Positions 19,806 through 32,611 of a DNA stretch of 64,000 nucleotides are shown here, in pieces (the first letter of the stretch is position 1; each line of letters opens with the position of its first letter). The stretch comes from an uncultured bacterium (GTDB taxonomy: Bacteria > Acidobacteriota > HRBIN11 > JAKEFK01). The stretch covers positions 352,001-416,000 of the forward strand of contig CAVZQN010000006.1 of assembly GCA_963777505.1 (NCBI GenBank). Direction: 5' to 3'. Under the pieces are notes generated by a model. It was not told the DNA's origin. It was given only the letters and a program-made list of their open reading frames with translations, and searched no databases. The translations under genes and the position numbers were made by a program.

Positions 19806-22800
19806 TGTGATCGGCCGATCCTACAGCTCTTCTCACCGCGATTCCCACGGTGCCATTCGGAGAGCCTGAGGCATTCAGCGTCATGACTTCAATTCCATCA
19901 ATCAGAACATGAAACATTGTGCCGTCAAATCGCATCTCAGCTAGATAGATCGTATCCGGATCAATGGTTTGGCTCACAGACTTTTTCCCGACAACCTTGC
20001 CATTCACTTTATGCCGAATGGACCATTTGTCTCTTCCTTCTTTCATTTGAAGTTCAACTTTTGTCTTTTTATCCAGGAACCAACCAATGAGTGTAACGAT
20101 TCCGTTGGTTGTTTCAGATGACTTGAGGGCTGCTGTAACGGTACAGTTCGCACAACCGGCAAATACAGGTGATGCAATGCCATCAATCGATAAGCTTCCT
20201 GCGCGGAGATCCTATTAGCAAACCACCCGCTTCTGACCATGAGCCGATCAACTTAAAGACCCAGTTAGGAAGGATGCCATCCTCAAAGTTGTCGCAGTAA
20301 GTACATTCATCATCTAATATCGTAGCCGTGGCGGTGGCATCGCCCAAAGTAGCGTTGGAACTTATATTGCTCAACGTTGCCGTGAAGTTTTCATTTCCTT
20401 CTTGAAGTAAATCACCAACGATTGGGACTTCAACAAGGAAGGCAGTTGTGTTAATCGGGATTATGATTGGAATATCGGTGTCCACGTAATCGAGCAGCGC
20501 CTGCGCGCTTCCATCGTCTGTTTGGAAGTTGAGCGTAATCTGCTTCATCGATGGGAGCTGAAATAGTAATTGTAAATTCAGCCGTAGTATTTCCCGCATT
20601 CCCTTCGGCTACGGAAATATCGCTGATCGATACGATCGGAATCACGGGCGTGTCATCATCTTGAATTGTGCCGATACCTTGTCCATCTGCAATCGTACCA
20701 ACAGATGGGTTTGCTATGTTCACGAAAAATTGTTCATTCGGTTCGATGTCTGTATCGCCGTTGATGGTGATTGTGATTGTTGTTGAAGGCTGATTTGCCG
20801 GAATAAAAGCATCAACGTTGGTTGCTTGCTCATAATCATCATCGGCAACCGTGGCGGTATCATCCTGAGTGCTGAATTCAAAGTCGATATTTGCAGGATG
20901 AAGTTGAGATGTTGTTACAGTGAATTGAGCTTGCGTAGTTCCAGCATCACCTTCGAAGATGCTGACATCATTAATTGAGAGGGATGGCGCTCCTCCGGCA
21001 ACTGTAAACATTCTTGCCATGATATTCGGAGAGCGTCCACGACCGTACCATGCAACGACAAAATTGTTTTGTTCTGTCATTGCAACTGCAGGCGAAAAGT
21101 CATCATTGGCTGGTGGAGTAGCCGGAATACGAAAATCATTCCCTTGTGGATCGCCTTGACTATCAAAATACCGTCCCATCGCCTCAAACATGGTGTAGCC
21201 GGAATCTTTCCATGCGACAAAAAAGCTGCCATTTGCTGAGACATCGACCGAAGGGTTATCCTGCAATTCTTCATTTTTTTCAGTCGTTGCAAGGAACTTT
21301 TCAATACTTACGGCATCTGAATCGAATCTTTCTCCAACGATTCCGCCCGCGCCTGCTTCAAGCCAAACAACGACAAAACCTCCATCGTCTCCCATTCCAA
21401 CATTGGGTGAAAAATTTCGTTGGGCTCCTGTCTTAAATGGGCCGCATCGAAAATCAGTTGGTGTTTTTGGAGTTCCATCCGCGTTATACGGGCGGGCACG
21501 AACGCGATCCATATCTTGTGAATCATCACGCCAGACGATAACAAATTCACCATTTGGATTCGCAGCAATGTCTAAGGCCCATGGTTCGCCGGCGATTGAA
21601 GTGTTAACTGGAACATCAAGAAGATCGATTGGAAGCCCGGTGACTGCATCAAACCTTCGCATCCAAACTCCGCGTCCATCACCATCCGTTGGACCAGCCC
21701 ATGCTGCGATATATTTGCCATTGCCATACGCGACCACTCCATAAACTTGTTTTCCAATCGGATTCTCTGGAATGATGACATCGAGAAGATCCAGTTCAAT
21801 CGCACCAGCGCTAAATCTTCTACCAAAAACTCCCCAACCTTGCCCATCTCTTTCCGATTCTTCTGCCCACACTCCCATAAAGTCACCATTGCTACGCACT
21901 GCGAGCATGGAAGTATTCTGCGGGTTAGGTCCGAATACATTCAACTGAAATTCGGCGCCACCGGGAGTTCCATCGGAATTGAATTCACGACCCATAACAT
22001 TTTCGGCGCCGTTTAGATTGGGATCAGTTGTCCACGAAAAAACCATGTTGGCCGATGAGTCTACTTGAACAGACGGACCAAATTGCGAACCTTGATCTTG
22101 CTGATTGATATCAATGTTGTCGCTTGCTGTTATATTCGGCGGCAAATCTACCGGTGTTGCGCTAACCTTTGCAGGCGTCGAATCTTCGAGACTGAAAAAC
22201 GTTCCTGAATCCGCATCATAAAACTTTAATGAATCCTGACTCCAATGAAACGTTGATGAATCAATCTTTTTGCCGCGATAATTTTTCCGGCCGGTATAAA
22301 TTGATTCTTCTGAACGTAAAGTGTTTAAGTTAAATTTTTCGAGTTTATTTCGATCTGTGTATTGAATGATCGCGAAATCTTCCTGAGAATCAAACGCAAT
22401 TCTTCCTGGACGCCCTTCAAAATTAACAAAACCTTTGAAGGAAAGATCGTCTAGATCAAGGGATGCAACAAAACTTTGGGAACGTACCAAAAGTTTCCGC
22501 CATTTATTGCTGAAATGAATTGCAACCGGAGTTCTGTATATATCGGACGATGAGACGCGTTCTTTACCATTCTTGATAGCCGAAACTCTGCCATTCATGT
22601 AACCAACATAGAACTCATCTCTCGTTGGGTTGTATGCAAAGCAAGCTGGCTGATGATTCAAAGGAATCGCCGTTATTTCGGAAAATGTTATTGCATCGAA
22701 GACACGGATGCTTTTTGAGGATACATCTAGAAAATAAAGGATGGATCCACTGGCATTCGTTTCGATTTGCTTAATCTTTCCGCTCAGTTCAATGGAGTTC

Positions 22801-23045
22801 TTAAGAGTACGAGATGAATTTTCATAAATGTCCAGCACTGTGCCATTTGAACGGAGGACGTAAGTCAGTGATCTGTCAGGGTTGATTTTGGAATCTAAGG
22901 GCCCATCCGGGATCCGCAGTTTTACTGCCTTCCCTTCGTGGGATGTGATAACTAGCTCTTTTTGTTTCTGGTCCCATAAGTGGCTACCAGCCAGAGCATT
23001 CAAAGTTAAAAAGTGAAACACTATACACAGGGCAAAACGGCTCAA
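19789..23045 (-). CDS. Large secreted protein: beta-propeller + PxV..GxFVVxW repeats + 2 Calx-beta + shared C-terminal domain; two +1 frameshifts (~20540, ~20203)
   Basis: TTG start after AGGAGGAGG; fragments 20451-23045, 20183-20599 and 19789-20200 join in register with paralog 23140-26071; Calx-beta SINDVSIFEGDAG..GTIQDDD. Confidence 0.82.
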
Positions 23046-23105
23046 AGTCCACCTCCTCCTGCCTGAGTTTATACTCGAGATCGCCGAGAAAAGCAATTAA
23101 AAGCA

Positions 23106-23132
23106 GCAGGGACGGGCCTTAGCCCGCCCCTG
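23106..23132. repeat. REP-like hairpin / terminator between tandem paralogs
   Basis: gcagggacgggc-ctta-gcccgcccctg; resembles the REP at 33190. Confidence 0.5.
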
Positions 23133-23139
23133 GATTCGA

Positions 23140-26071
23140 TTATGGCGAGACTGTAATGTGATTCACCGAGCCTGTTGCTCTTCTTACTGCAATACCAACA
23201 GTTCCATCTGGCACTCCGGCAGCATCCATTGTGAGAACTTCTACATCATCAATAAGAAGGTGGAACTCCGTGCCATCAAAAACGATCTCAGCTTCATACG
23301 TAGTGTTTGGATCAATCGTTTGACTGACGGACTTTTTCGCAACAGTGTTGCCATTTCTTTTTTGTTTTAAGGTCCATCGGTCTCTTCCTTCCTTCATTTG
23401 AAGTTCGACTCTATCCTTTTTACTCTGATTCCATCCGATCAGCGTAACGAATCCTCTGTTTGTGGCAGAAGACCTTAACGCTGCAGCGACTGAACAGGTT
23501 GAGCAACCTGTAAATACGGGTGTAGCAAGCCCATCAATTTTTGCATTTCCGGTAGCATCACCAATGAGAAAGCCGCCATTTTCAGACCACGACGACGGAG
23601 ATTTAAAATCCCAATTCGGAAGAGTGCCATCATTAAAGTTGTCCGAATAAAGCGTACCGCCTCCACCGCCATCATCATCCTGAATTGTGCCTGCTCCTGT
23701 CCCATCATCAATTGTTGCATTAGTTGCATTAGTTAAATTGACAGAAAAAGCTTCATTTGATTCTGAGTCCGTATCGCCATTTACGGTGATGGTAATTGTT
23801 CTGGATGGCGCGTTCGCCGGAATCGTCAAAGTGCCAGAAGCTTGTTCGTAGTCATTGTTTCCTGTCGTTGCTGTTCCATTCTGAGTTGCAAAGTTGACTG
23901 TCACTTCCGAGCTTGTGGTGGCTGAAAGCGATACTGTGAATACGAACTGTTTCGTTCCAGAATTCCCTTCGTTAGCAGTGACATTGTTGATTGACATTGA
24001 CGGTGTTGCCACCACCACCACCGCCGACAGTGAACATTCGGGCCCCAATGTTCGGGCTGCGCCCACGGCCATACCATGAAATAACAAAATTATTTTGGTG
24101 CGTCATTGCAACTGCAGGTGAAAAATCATCATTTACCGGGGCAGTCTTAGGAATACGAAAATCTCCACCCGCTGGATTTCCCTGACTATTGAAGTAGCGA
24201 GCCATAGCTTCAAATTGTGGATAACCTGAGTCCTTCCATGCAACAACAAAACTGCCGTTGGCGCTTACATCAACTGCAGGATTATCTTGAAGCTCATTAT
24301 TTGATTCAGTTGTTGCTTTAAATTTTTCAATGCTTTGAGAATTTGAATTAAAACGTTCGCCTACGATCCCGCCTGCACCCGCTTCCAACCAAACGACAAC
24401 AAAATTTCCATTATCTGCGATCCCTACATTTGGTGAAAAATTTCTTTGTGCATTGGGATTGAAAGGGCCGCAACGGATATCGGATCCAGTTTTTGGATTA
24501 CCATTTGCATTGTATGCGCGCGCGCGGACACGATCCATGTCATTTGAATCATCGCGCCAAACAATAACGAACTCTCCATTTGGATTTGCAGCGATATCCA
24601 ATGCCCAGGGTTCACCGGCTGTTGATGTGTTTACCGCAACATCATTTGCATCTAGTGCTGCGCCTGTTCCTGCATTGAACCGTCGCATCCATACACCGCG
24701 TCCATCACCATCAGTCGGTCCGGCCCACGCAACAATGTAAATGCCGTTACCAAAAGCGATAACCGGATAGATCTGTTTTCCAATTGGATTATCTGGAATG
24801 ATTCGATCGTTCGCGTCCAGCTGAACGCCACCTGCACCAAATCGACGTCCAAACACTCCCCATCCCTGGCCATCACGCTCCGATTGTTCATTCCAGACAG
24901 CCATGAAGTCACCGTTATTCCGCACCGCTATACTCGACGAATTCTGCGGAAAGGCACTCGTTTTATTGAGTTGAAATTCTGGGCCATCAGGATTTCCATT
25001 TGCACCGAATTCACGTCCCTTAATATCTTCTTCACCGTTTTGATTTGGATCAGTAGTCCAGGAAAAGACCATATTGTCTGCTGAATCCAACTGAACCGAA
25101 GGACTATATTGAGGTCCTTGATCAGCTGAATTGATATCAATGTTATTGCTGGCGTTTACTCCAGGGGGCAAATCGGTTGGAGTTACGGCAAGTGCTGCAG
25201 GTGTAGCTTCATCAAATTTGAAAACTGCACCAGATTCCGCGTCATAGAATCCAAGTGAGTCCTGGTTCCAATGAAAAGTCGATGGATCGACTTCCTTGCC
25301 GCGGAAATTTTTTCTTCTTGGATAAAATTCATTTTCCGAACGAAGAGTGCTCAGATTGAATTGTTCAATTTTGGCGCGATCAGAGTATTGAATGATTGCG
25401 AAATCTTCCTGAGCATCGATTTCTATTCTTCCAGGTCGCCCTTCGAATCGCAAAAATCCCTGGAAGGCAAGATTGTCTGCATCATATGCAGCAACATAGG
25501 ATTCAGTGCGTACAAGTATTTTGCGCCACTTATTTGTGAAATGAATTGAAATCGGAGCTCTGTATAGATCCGATACTACACTCCGCTCCTTTCCATCTTT
25601 GATTGCTGAAAAAGTTGCATTCGTGAATCCAACATAAAACTCGTCTCTCGCAGAGTTGTAAGAAAAACAAGCCGGGGTTTCCTTTAATTGGATCGCTGAT
25701 TCTTCGGATAATGTCAGTGTGTCGAAAACCCGGATACTCTTGGAAGATGCATCCAGTAAATACAAACTGGAACCACTTTTGTTGGTTTCGATTTGCTTAA
25801 TAAAGCCATTTACAGTGATTGACTTTTGAAGAATGCCCGATGAATTTTCATAAAGATCCAGGATCCCACCGCTCGAACGGATTACGTAAGTCGTGGATCT
25901 ATCAGGGCTGATTTTTGATGCTAATGGCGTGTCTGACGTTCGAAGTTTAACGACCTTTCCATCCTGCGCAGTGATGACAAGCTCTTTTTGATTTTCGATC
26001 CATAGGTGCGAAGCAGCCAGAGCATTTATTGTGAAAAACAAAAACAAAATGCAAAAGGCAAAACGGCTCAA
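23140..26071 (-). CDS. Paralogous large secreted protein (propeller + repeats + 1 Calx-beta + shared C-terminal domain); +1 frameshift near 24006
   Basis: TTG start after GGAGG; high identity to the downstream paralog (e.g. WAGPTDGDGRGVWMRRF); GGGGG|TPSMSINNVTANEG junction restores frame. Confidence 0.85.
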
Positions 26072-26184
26072 AATCCACCTCCAAGTCCCGTGTTGATTTC
26101 GATCTCCGATCGGAAAAGCACTTACAAAACTTAACTGTTCACCCGTTTAGTCGTGGCAGGAAGTAATGCTGGGAGCAGTGCAAA

Positions 26185-28771
26185 TCATTCTAATTTCCCA
26201 AAGACCAGAAACCAGATTAGCAGACCCATCACTGTAAAAGCAATGGCCAGCCGGAAATACGGGACTTCAAACGAAAACTGTATGCCGTGACTGCCGGCTG
26301 GAACGCGTATGGCTTGAAATGCGTAGTTGGCCCTGAGTATTGGAGCTTTTTTACCATCTAAGAAGGCGTGCCAACCCGGATTGTAATTTTCGGCAAATAC
26401 CAAAAGAGTGTCGTTGGACGTTTTAACTGTTGCCGTCATCGTAGAGGATGTTTTGTCAGTCATGATCAATGATGCATGAATTTCGTTTGCGAAAAAACCG
26501 GGATTCTCTTCTAGAACTGTGTAAGCATTCGGATTAAATTCGGAGCTTCTAATATGCTCTAACGCTTTCGCAGAATCCTGGATGACAACGATTTTGCTGG
26601 AAAGATAAGCCAATGGCACAGCATTTCTGTTTTCAAATATTGTCAGACCTTTTGATGAATGCACGACTGGATATTTTTCGGAAGTGGCTCCGGGAGCTGC
26701 AAGAATGTAACGGATTGCTTGCATGTCGATCCACCCTCCGCTCCAAACATCGAGACTTTCCGCGGGCTTGACGTAATGCAGAATATCATTTGGCCGTCCG
26801 CGATGAAGCCGGAAATATCTGGATGGATAAAAACCAAGATACCCTGAGGATGTTGGAATCGTGTAATGAAGAAGAGAATCTGGTCTTGCGACAAACTCGA
26901 AGGAATTGAAATCGAAGAAGCGTACTCCGCGCGTGTAGTAATCATCCAGGGAACTATAGTTTTTCAGCGGAACATCAAGAAATTCTTTTAGCTTTTGAAC
27001 TTCCATGACCCGAGACTCTTTTGTTTTTTGAGCAAGAAATTCTAATGATTCAATTCCTTTTGGCTCAAATGCTACTGACGGGGTGAAATAAATTGGAGGA
27101 TCGGTTCGTCCGTGATAAAGCAAATCAACAAAAGTGAGCCCCACGATCAGCGACATACAAATTGGCGCAGCGATTTTCCCGCGAGCAAGTAGGATCAAGA
27201 GAATTGCGGCAGTCAAACACACGAGGGTTGGAATCACAAAAACTTTTGCTGTTTCTGCAAACATGGATGGCAGAGTTGCAAATGCTTCCGAATAAAAAGA
27301 TTCAGCATTCTGGTTCCAGGGAAACGATTTTTGTTGCGCAGAGTAATAGTTCCGTACGCTATTCTGAAGAGTGGTTCCCATGAGTCCAGCTGTCGTAAGA
27401 AAAATAAACCCGAACGCAAATACTATCGTTGTGATTTTGAGCAATGAAATTGCACTATTGCGGTGTACTAACGTTTGAAGAGCATTCAACCCAAATGCGG
27501 CAAGTATGCTAAATGCAAAAACGCATAGAACCAACAATCTCGAATGATCCAGCGTTCTTGCTCCGCTCCAAAAAAAACTAACAATTTTGTTAAAGAGATC
27601 GAAATTCAAAAGTGTCAAAAACAACAAAGGGAACACTGCTAGCAACCAAAAAAAGCGAATTCGGTGATCACTCCAAAGTCTTAGTGAAAGCAATGCAAAC
27701 AGAAAAGGAAGTAATCCGACATAAGCAAGAATCCGGTTGTAGACCGAACCTGGTTGACCGAAAACCAGCCGCTCCCAGATTCCATCTTTCATTTCCAGCG
27801 GCGGCTTTAAAAGAAGCTTACTCAAAACATTGTTTTCTGTTTCTCCATACAAATTTGGAATGAGCAGCGTTGGAAGCTTGCGTGGTGATAAGAAGTTTCT
27901 TCCCGCGTACATTTCAGCTGTTTCATTTGTACCGCGCGGGCTGTTCCTCAATCCTGAAGCCACGCTGAACAATTCAGGACTTGCAACAAGCATAGAAATA
28001 ATCAACGCACTGGAAAAATAGATTCCGAGTCGCATGCGGTTTTCTAGTTTCCAGAGCTGAAACAAAGCGTATGCTGCAAAAGCAGCTAGATTGTAAATCC
28101 ATAGTTGAGGATGATCGCCTAGAAATTGCGCAGTCAATGCAAACACAAGTAGATGAAATCCAAAACGTTTTCCACTGCGCGAATTGATGTACGGAAAAAA
28201 GTATGAGTGGTAACCAGCATAAGGTTCCGTTATAACTGACAGTTCCAAACCATCGCATAAAATGGCTGTTCCACATAAATGCGATGCCTGCAAGCAAACT
28301 GGCCGTGCGGCTCAATCCCAACGATTCGCAAAAAAGGGACATGAACCATCCGGCAAGAATGAATTGAAGGATGATCACAAGCGCATGCCCGGTTCCTTCT
28401 GGTAACAAATAGAAAATTGGCGTCAAGACATCGAACACCGCCACCTGTGTTCCAACAAGCTGCGTGCCTGAAAAAATGTTCGGCGTCCAGAATGGAAATT
28501 CACCGCTGCGAACTATATTCCGAACTTCCTTTCTTAATGGGAATATCGATAGAGCTGCATCAATATTGTGATAATGTTTCGCGGGATTGAATTCATGTGC
28601 ATAACTCCCTGAGTCATATGATTTCCAGGGATAGTTTTGATACAGCGGATTCGCGTCAATCGGTATTTTTCCGGTGAAAAAGAAAGGGGAAAAGAAAATC
28701 AGATTCAGCAAACAGAAAAAAAAGAGCGGGAACAACCGGGAGGAAACAAATTTAGGAATTGCAGCTTGCAC
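26185..28771 (-). CDS. YfhO-family (GT-C fold) membrane protein; +1 frameshift near 28180-28200
   Basis: PFWTPNIFSG in the 5' fragment; GDHPQ and AENYNPGWHAFLDG...ANYAFQAIRVPAGSH in the 3' fragment. Confidence 0.83.
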
Positions 28772-28836
28772 AAATATCGTTATTCTTATTTATCGTTTTG
28801 TAGAACTCGGTAAATTATAGCCGTAAATTCTAAAGA

Positions 28837-28948
28837 GATAGAAGATAGAGAATTGAGGATAGAAAGAGGAAGATTGGGTATAGTATGACATTGGTCAGGT
28901 CATGAGGCAGATTTTCTATTCTCTATCATCAATTCTCTATCCTCTCTT
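28837..28948. repeat. Heptamer-period inverted repeat (GATAGAR/YTCTATC) spanning a start codon
   Basis: gatagag aattgag gatagaa (28844-28864) pairs with ctctatc atcaatt ctctatc (28921-28941). Confidence 0.7.
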
Positions 28949-30300
28949 AATTCTGTCGCTTGCTTTTACAGCTTGCCAAAATAAGCAGGAAAAATCGAAC
29001 CTGGTTTTGGTAACAATCGATACGCTTCGGGCGGATCATCTTGGAATCTACGGATATAAACGACCGACTTCTCCAAATCTTGATAGGCTGGCCAAAGAAG
29101 GGATCTGGTTTAGTAATTGTTATTCACAGTCTGCTACGACTGGCGCCTCCCATGTGTCGCTCTTCACCTCGCGCTATCCACAGAGTCATGGTGTTCTTGC
29201 CAACCGTGAAAAATTTCCTGATTTTGCTTCGATGATGGATAGCTTTCGAACTGCAGGTTATTCGACAGCAGGCTTCGTTTCAAGCGCAGTATTAGCCGGA
29301 GACTTTGGAATCAAAAAGGAGTTTGATCATTTTGATGAAACTTTAACTCGAGCAGAAAAAAATCGCGTTAATCGCTATGAACGGACTGCAAAGGACACTT
29401 TGTCGGCAGTCGAAAAATGGATTCAAACAAGCAAAGGTCCATTTTTTGTTTGGATTCATTTGATCGATCCTCATGGGCCATACCAGGCCCCCGAAAACGC
29501 GGATTACTTTGTCTCCGATACGTTGTCACAAACCGAGAGTCCGATACTTGAATTTGCCGCTTCGAACTGGGAGTTCAATAAAATTCCTTTATACCAAAGG
29601 TTGGACAATAAAAAGGAAGCTGCTTACTACATCGCCCGATATGATGCCGAAATCCGGTATACCGATGAAGCACTGGGAACATTTTTTAATTTTCTAAAGA
29701 ATTCGAAAGTCTACGAAAATACTGCCATTGTTATAACCGCCGATCATGGCGAAACAATGGCTGAGCCAAATCATCTAAGACATTTTTCGCACAGCACAAT
29801 TGCGTACGAAGAAGTCGTCCGCGTTCCAATGATCCTGAAGGGTTCAAATTCGGTAGATTTTAAAAAGTTGGATTCTTCAAAAACAATTCGATTAATGGAC
29901 ATTTTCCCTACGCTGTGTTCACTGTTCGGATTGAAGAAACCCGAAAGTTTACAAGGTATTGATCTCCAAAATACAGATAACAAAAATGATTCGATCTTTT
30001 CATTTGGAGCATACGGCACAGAGTTTTTGGAGAAGAAAATAGGAACACAATTTACCGTATTAAATGGCGACCTTTCGATATGTAGTCAGAACTGATAATT
30101 CGGCCGAGGAATTATATGATCACAAGAATGATCCTGCCGAGGGAGTTAATGTCGCAGCGGATCATCCGGAAAAGATGGCTGAATTCCGGAAGGAGCTGAA
30201 GACATTTTTCGAAAAAGTGCCTAAGGCTGAAGGTCAATCGATGCACATCAATGAGGAACAGGCTGAAAAGTTAAAAGCTCTTGGTTATACTCAGCAGTGA
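28902..30300 (+). CDS. Lipoprotein sulfatase-like hydrolase/transferase (Thr nucleophile); +1 frameshift near 30071
   Basis: Lipobox-like LAFTAC; VTIDTLRADH; TTGASHVS; DPHGPY; TADHGE; tail ELYDHKNDP...KLKALGYTQQ in ORF 30064-30300. Confidence 0.83.
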
Positions 30301-30306
30301 AACTGA

Positions 30307-31074
30307 ATGATTCACGGTAAACGAATTGTCGTTGTAATGCCCGCGTATAACGCTTCGAAAACCCTCGAACTCACCTATTCTGAAGTCCCTTTCGATATTG
30401 TTGATGAAGTCATTCTTGTGGATGACGAATCGAAGGATGAGACTGTAGAAGTTGCCCGGCGTCTGGGAATCACAAAAGTAATTCGTCATGAAAAAAATAA
30501 AGGTTATGGCGGAAATCAAAAGACATGTTACAAGGAAGCTCTTCGTTCAGGCGCCGATGTGATTGTAATGCTTCATCCGGATTATCAGTACACTCCTTTG
30601 TTAATTGAAGCGCTTGCTTTTCCTGTTGCTAAAGGAGTGTTTCAATCGATGCTCGGTTCGCGGATTCTGGGAAAAGGTGCTCTCTACGGCGGTATGCCAT
30701 TGTACAAGTACATTTCCAACAGGATCCTGACTCTGATTCAAAACATTTTTTTGAATCACAAGCTTGCTGAGTATCACACTGGCTATCGGGCTTTTGACAG
30801 GGCAGTGCTTGAACGCCTTCCATTGGAAGAGAATTCGGATGACTTTATTTTCGACAATGAAATGCTCGCGCAGATCATTTTTCAAGGTTATGAGATCGGC
30901 GAGGTTACATGTCCAACGAAGTATTTTGAAGAAGCGAGTACAATAAACTTTGTGCGCAGCGTTCGATATGGTCTTGGAGTATTGCGCGTTTCGATTTGTT
31001 TCCGATTGCAAAAATGGGGACTTGGAAGGTACAAGATATTTGACTTTGAATCCGGTAAGAAGCTTCAGCTTTAA
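30307..31074 (+). CDS. GT2, DPM1-like glycosyltransferase
   Basis: VMPAYNA, VDDESKD, GYGGNQK, HPDYQY, EYHTGYRAF, FIFDNEML. Confidence 0.92.
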   Translation: MIHGKRIVVVMPAYNASKTLELTYSEVPFDIVDEVILVDDESKDETVEVARRLGITKVIRHEKNKGYGGNQKTCYKEALRSGADVIVMLHPDYQYTPLLIEALAFPVAKGVFQSMLGSRILGKGALYGGMPLYKYISNRILTLIQNIFLNHKLAEYHTGYRAFDRAVLERLPLEENSDDFIFDNEMLAQIIFQGYEIGEVTCPTKYFEEASTINFVRSVRYGLGVLRVSICFRLQKWGLGRYKIFDFESGKKLQL

Positions 31075-31113
31075 GCGGAATATTCGTATCCGGCGGTTTG
31101 AGGAAGTCAAAGT

Positions 31114-31833
31114 TTGAACAAAAATTCTTTGATTTCAGTCGTAATGCCCTGTTATAACGAAGGCAAACTCGCTGTCGATCACGCCTTAAAAGTCCGGGAT
31201 TTCCTTTCTCGTTTGAAATGGAATTTCGAACTCGCTATTTGTGATGACGGGACAAATGATGGATCGCAAACGTTAATCGATACACTTCAAAATTCTGACA
31301 TTCGCGTCTTTCATTATGCGAATGGCCCCTCCAGGCGCGAAAATCTCAGCGAATGTTTGCGTCAACTCAATGGATCAATCCTCATCTATATGGATATTGA
31401 TCTTTCAACGGATCTTGAATGTTTACCTGAGATCGTAAATCCACTGTTGAATGATGAATGTGATATTGCAATTGGGAGCCGTTATCAAAAAGGCGCAACA
31501 GTGCACCGTGAATTCTCACGATTTCTCTACAGCCGTCTGTATAACGGAACAATACGATTATTGCTTCGTTCCAAGATTCTTGATCATCAATGTGGATTTA
31601 AGGCGTTTAAACGGGATGTCTTTCATTCGCTAGCAACCAGCGCGGGATACGACACGCTCCATCAACGTGGATGGTTCTGGGACGCAGAAATATTAATCAG
31701 AGCGCAAAGGGAAGGCTATAGAATTCGTGAAGTACCCGTGCGCTGGAATGCCGCGAAAAAAAGCTCTTTTGACTTCTTCAGAGAGTTGAAAGTAATTCCT
31801 TATCTGCTGAAGTTTCGAAAAAGAATCAGCTAA
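31114..31833 (+). CDS. GT2, dolichyl-phosphate glucosyltransferase-like
   Basis: VMPCYNE, DDGTND, YMDIDLS, DHQCGFKAF, WFWDAEIL, EVPVRW. Confidence 0.9.
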   Translation: MNKNSLISVVMPCYNEGKLAVDHALKVRDFLSRLKWNFELAICDDGTNDGSQTLIDTLQNSDIRVFHYANGPSRRENLSECLRQLNGSILIYMDIDLSTDLECLPEIVNPLLNDECDIAIGSRYQKGATVHREFSRFLYSRLYNGTIRLLLRSKILDHQCGFKAFKRDVFHSLATSAGYDTLHQRGWFWDAEILIRAQREGYRIREVPVRWNAAKKSSFDFFRELKVIPYLLKFRKRIS

Positions 31834-32352
31834 TTATTCTTTCTTATCGAGCTTCAATGATGCGGAATTAATACAATACCGAAGCCCGGTCGGTTCCGGA
31901 CCATCATCGAAAACGTGTCCGAGATGACCGCCGCAACGGCTGCACAATACTTCGGTACGCTTCATTCCAAGGGTGGAATCGCTTTCGCTTTCTACATTTT
32001 CTTTAGCCACAGGCTTATAAAAACTTGGCCAACCTGTACCTGAATCAAACTTCGTGTCCGAAGCGAACAGGTCGTTTCCGCATGCGGCACATTGATATGT
32101 ACCTTTATCTTTTGTCTTCCAGTAATCGCCTGTAAATGGACGTTCAGTCCCTTTATTACGCAATACTTGATACTGTTCCGGAGTTAATTCCTGCTTCCAT
32201 TCTTGATCTGATTTATTTACTTTTTCTGACATAACAAATCCTTTTTGTTGTACTGAATAAAGTTTAATCTTTCCGTTATCGCTTTTCATCTCGGCAAATG
32301 CAAATGCGCCGAGCAGTAATGCAAATATAGCCGCTACTTTCAGTTTTAGCAT
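31834..32352 (-). CDS. msrB: Peptide-methionine (R)-S-oxide reductase, exported
   Basis: Signal peptide; [40 protein letters not shown]. Confidence 0.96.
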   Translation of the reverse strand: MLKLKVAAIFALLLGAFAFAEMKSDNGKIKLYSVQQKGFVMSEKVNKSDQEWKQELTPEQYQVLRNKGTERPFTGDYWKTKDKGTYQCAACGNDLFASDTKFDSGTGWPSFYKPVAKENVESESDSTLGMKRTEVLCSRCGGHLGHVFDDGPEPTGLRYCINSASLKLDKKE

Positions 32353-32390
32353 AAATCCTCCTGCTTTCCTCTATACGGCTAGAGGGTTTT

Positions 32391-32492
32391 GTAGTAAGGC
32401 ACGCAGCTGAGCGCATGCGATGCAGTGCCGTAAGGACACATTTAACGGCACTGTTCGGCCGCATGAATGCGCCGAACTGCGTGCCTTACTAC
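32391..32492. repeat. REPIN-like 102-bp palindrome with GTAG ends
   Basis: gtagtaaggcacgcag...ctgcgtgccttactac perfect 16-bp IR; inner cagtgccgt/acggcactg IR. Confidence 0.75.
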
Positions 32493-32533
32493 GAACTCTT
32501 TTAGATTTAACAACATTACTTTAGTCGCGATTT

Positions 32534-32561
32534 CAATCCAAAATCTTCCCTACAATCGTAA
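32534..32561 (+). promoter_or_regulatory. Putative ECF (SigK/ECF26-like) promoter of the fasciclin gene
   Basis: CAATCC-N16-TCGTAA resembles the CCATCC...CCGAA SigK-type promoters that drive fasciclin genes. Confidence 0.4.
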
Positions 32562-32611
32562 AGATCTTCTGAACGATGAACAACCCCAATTTGAATTTAA
32601 GGAGAATTAAA

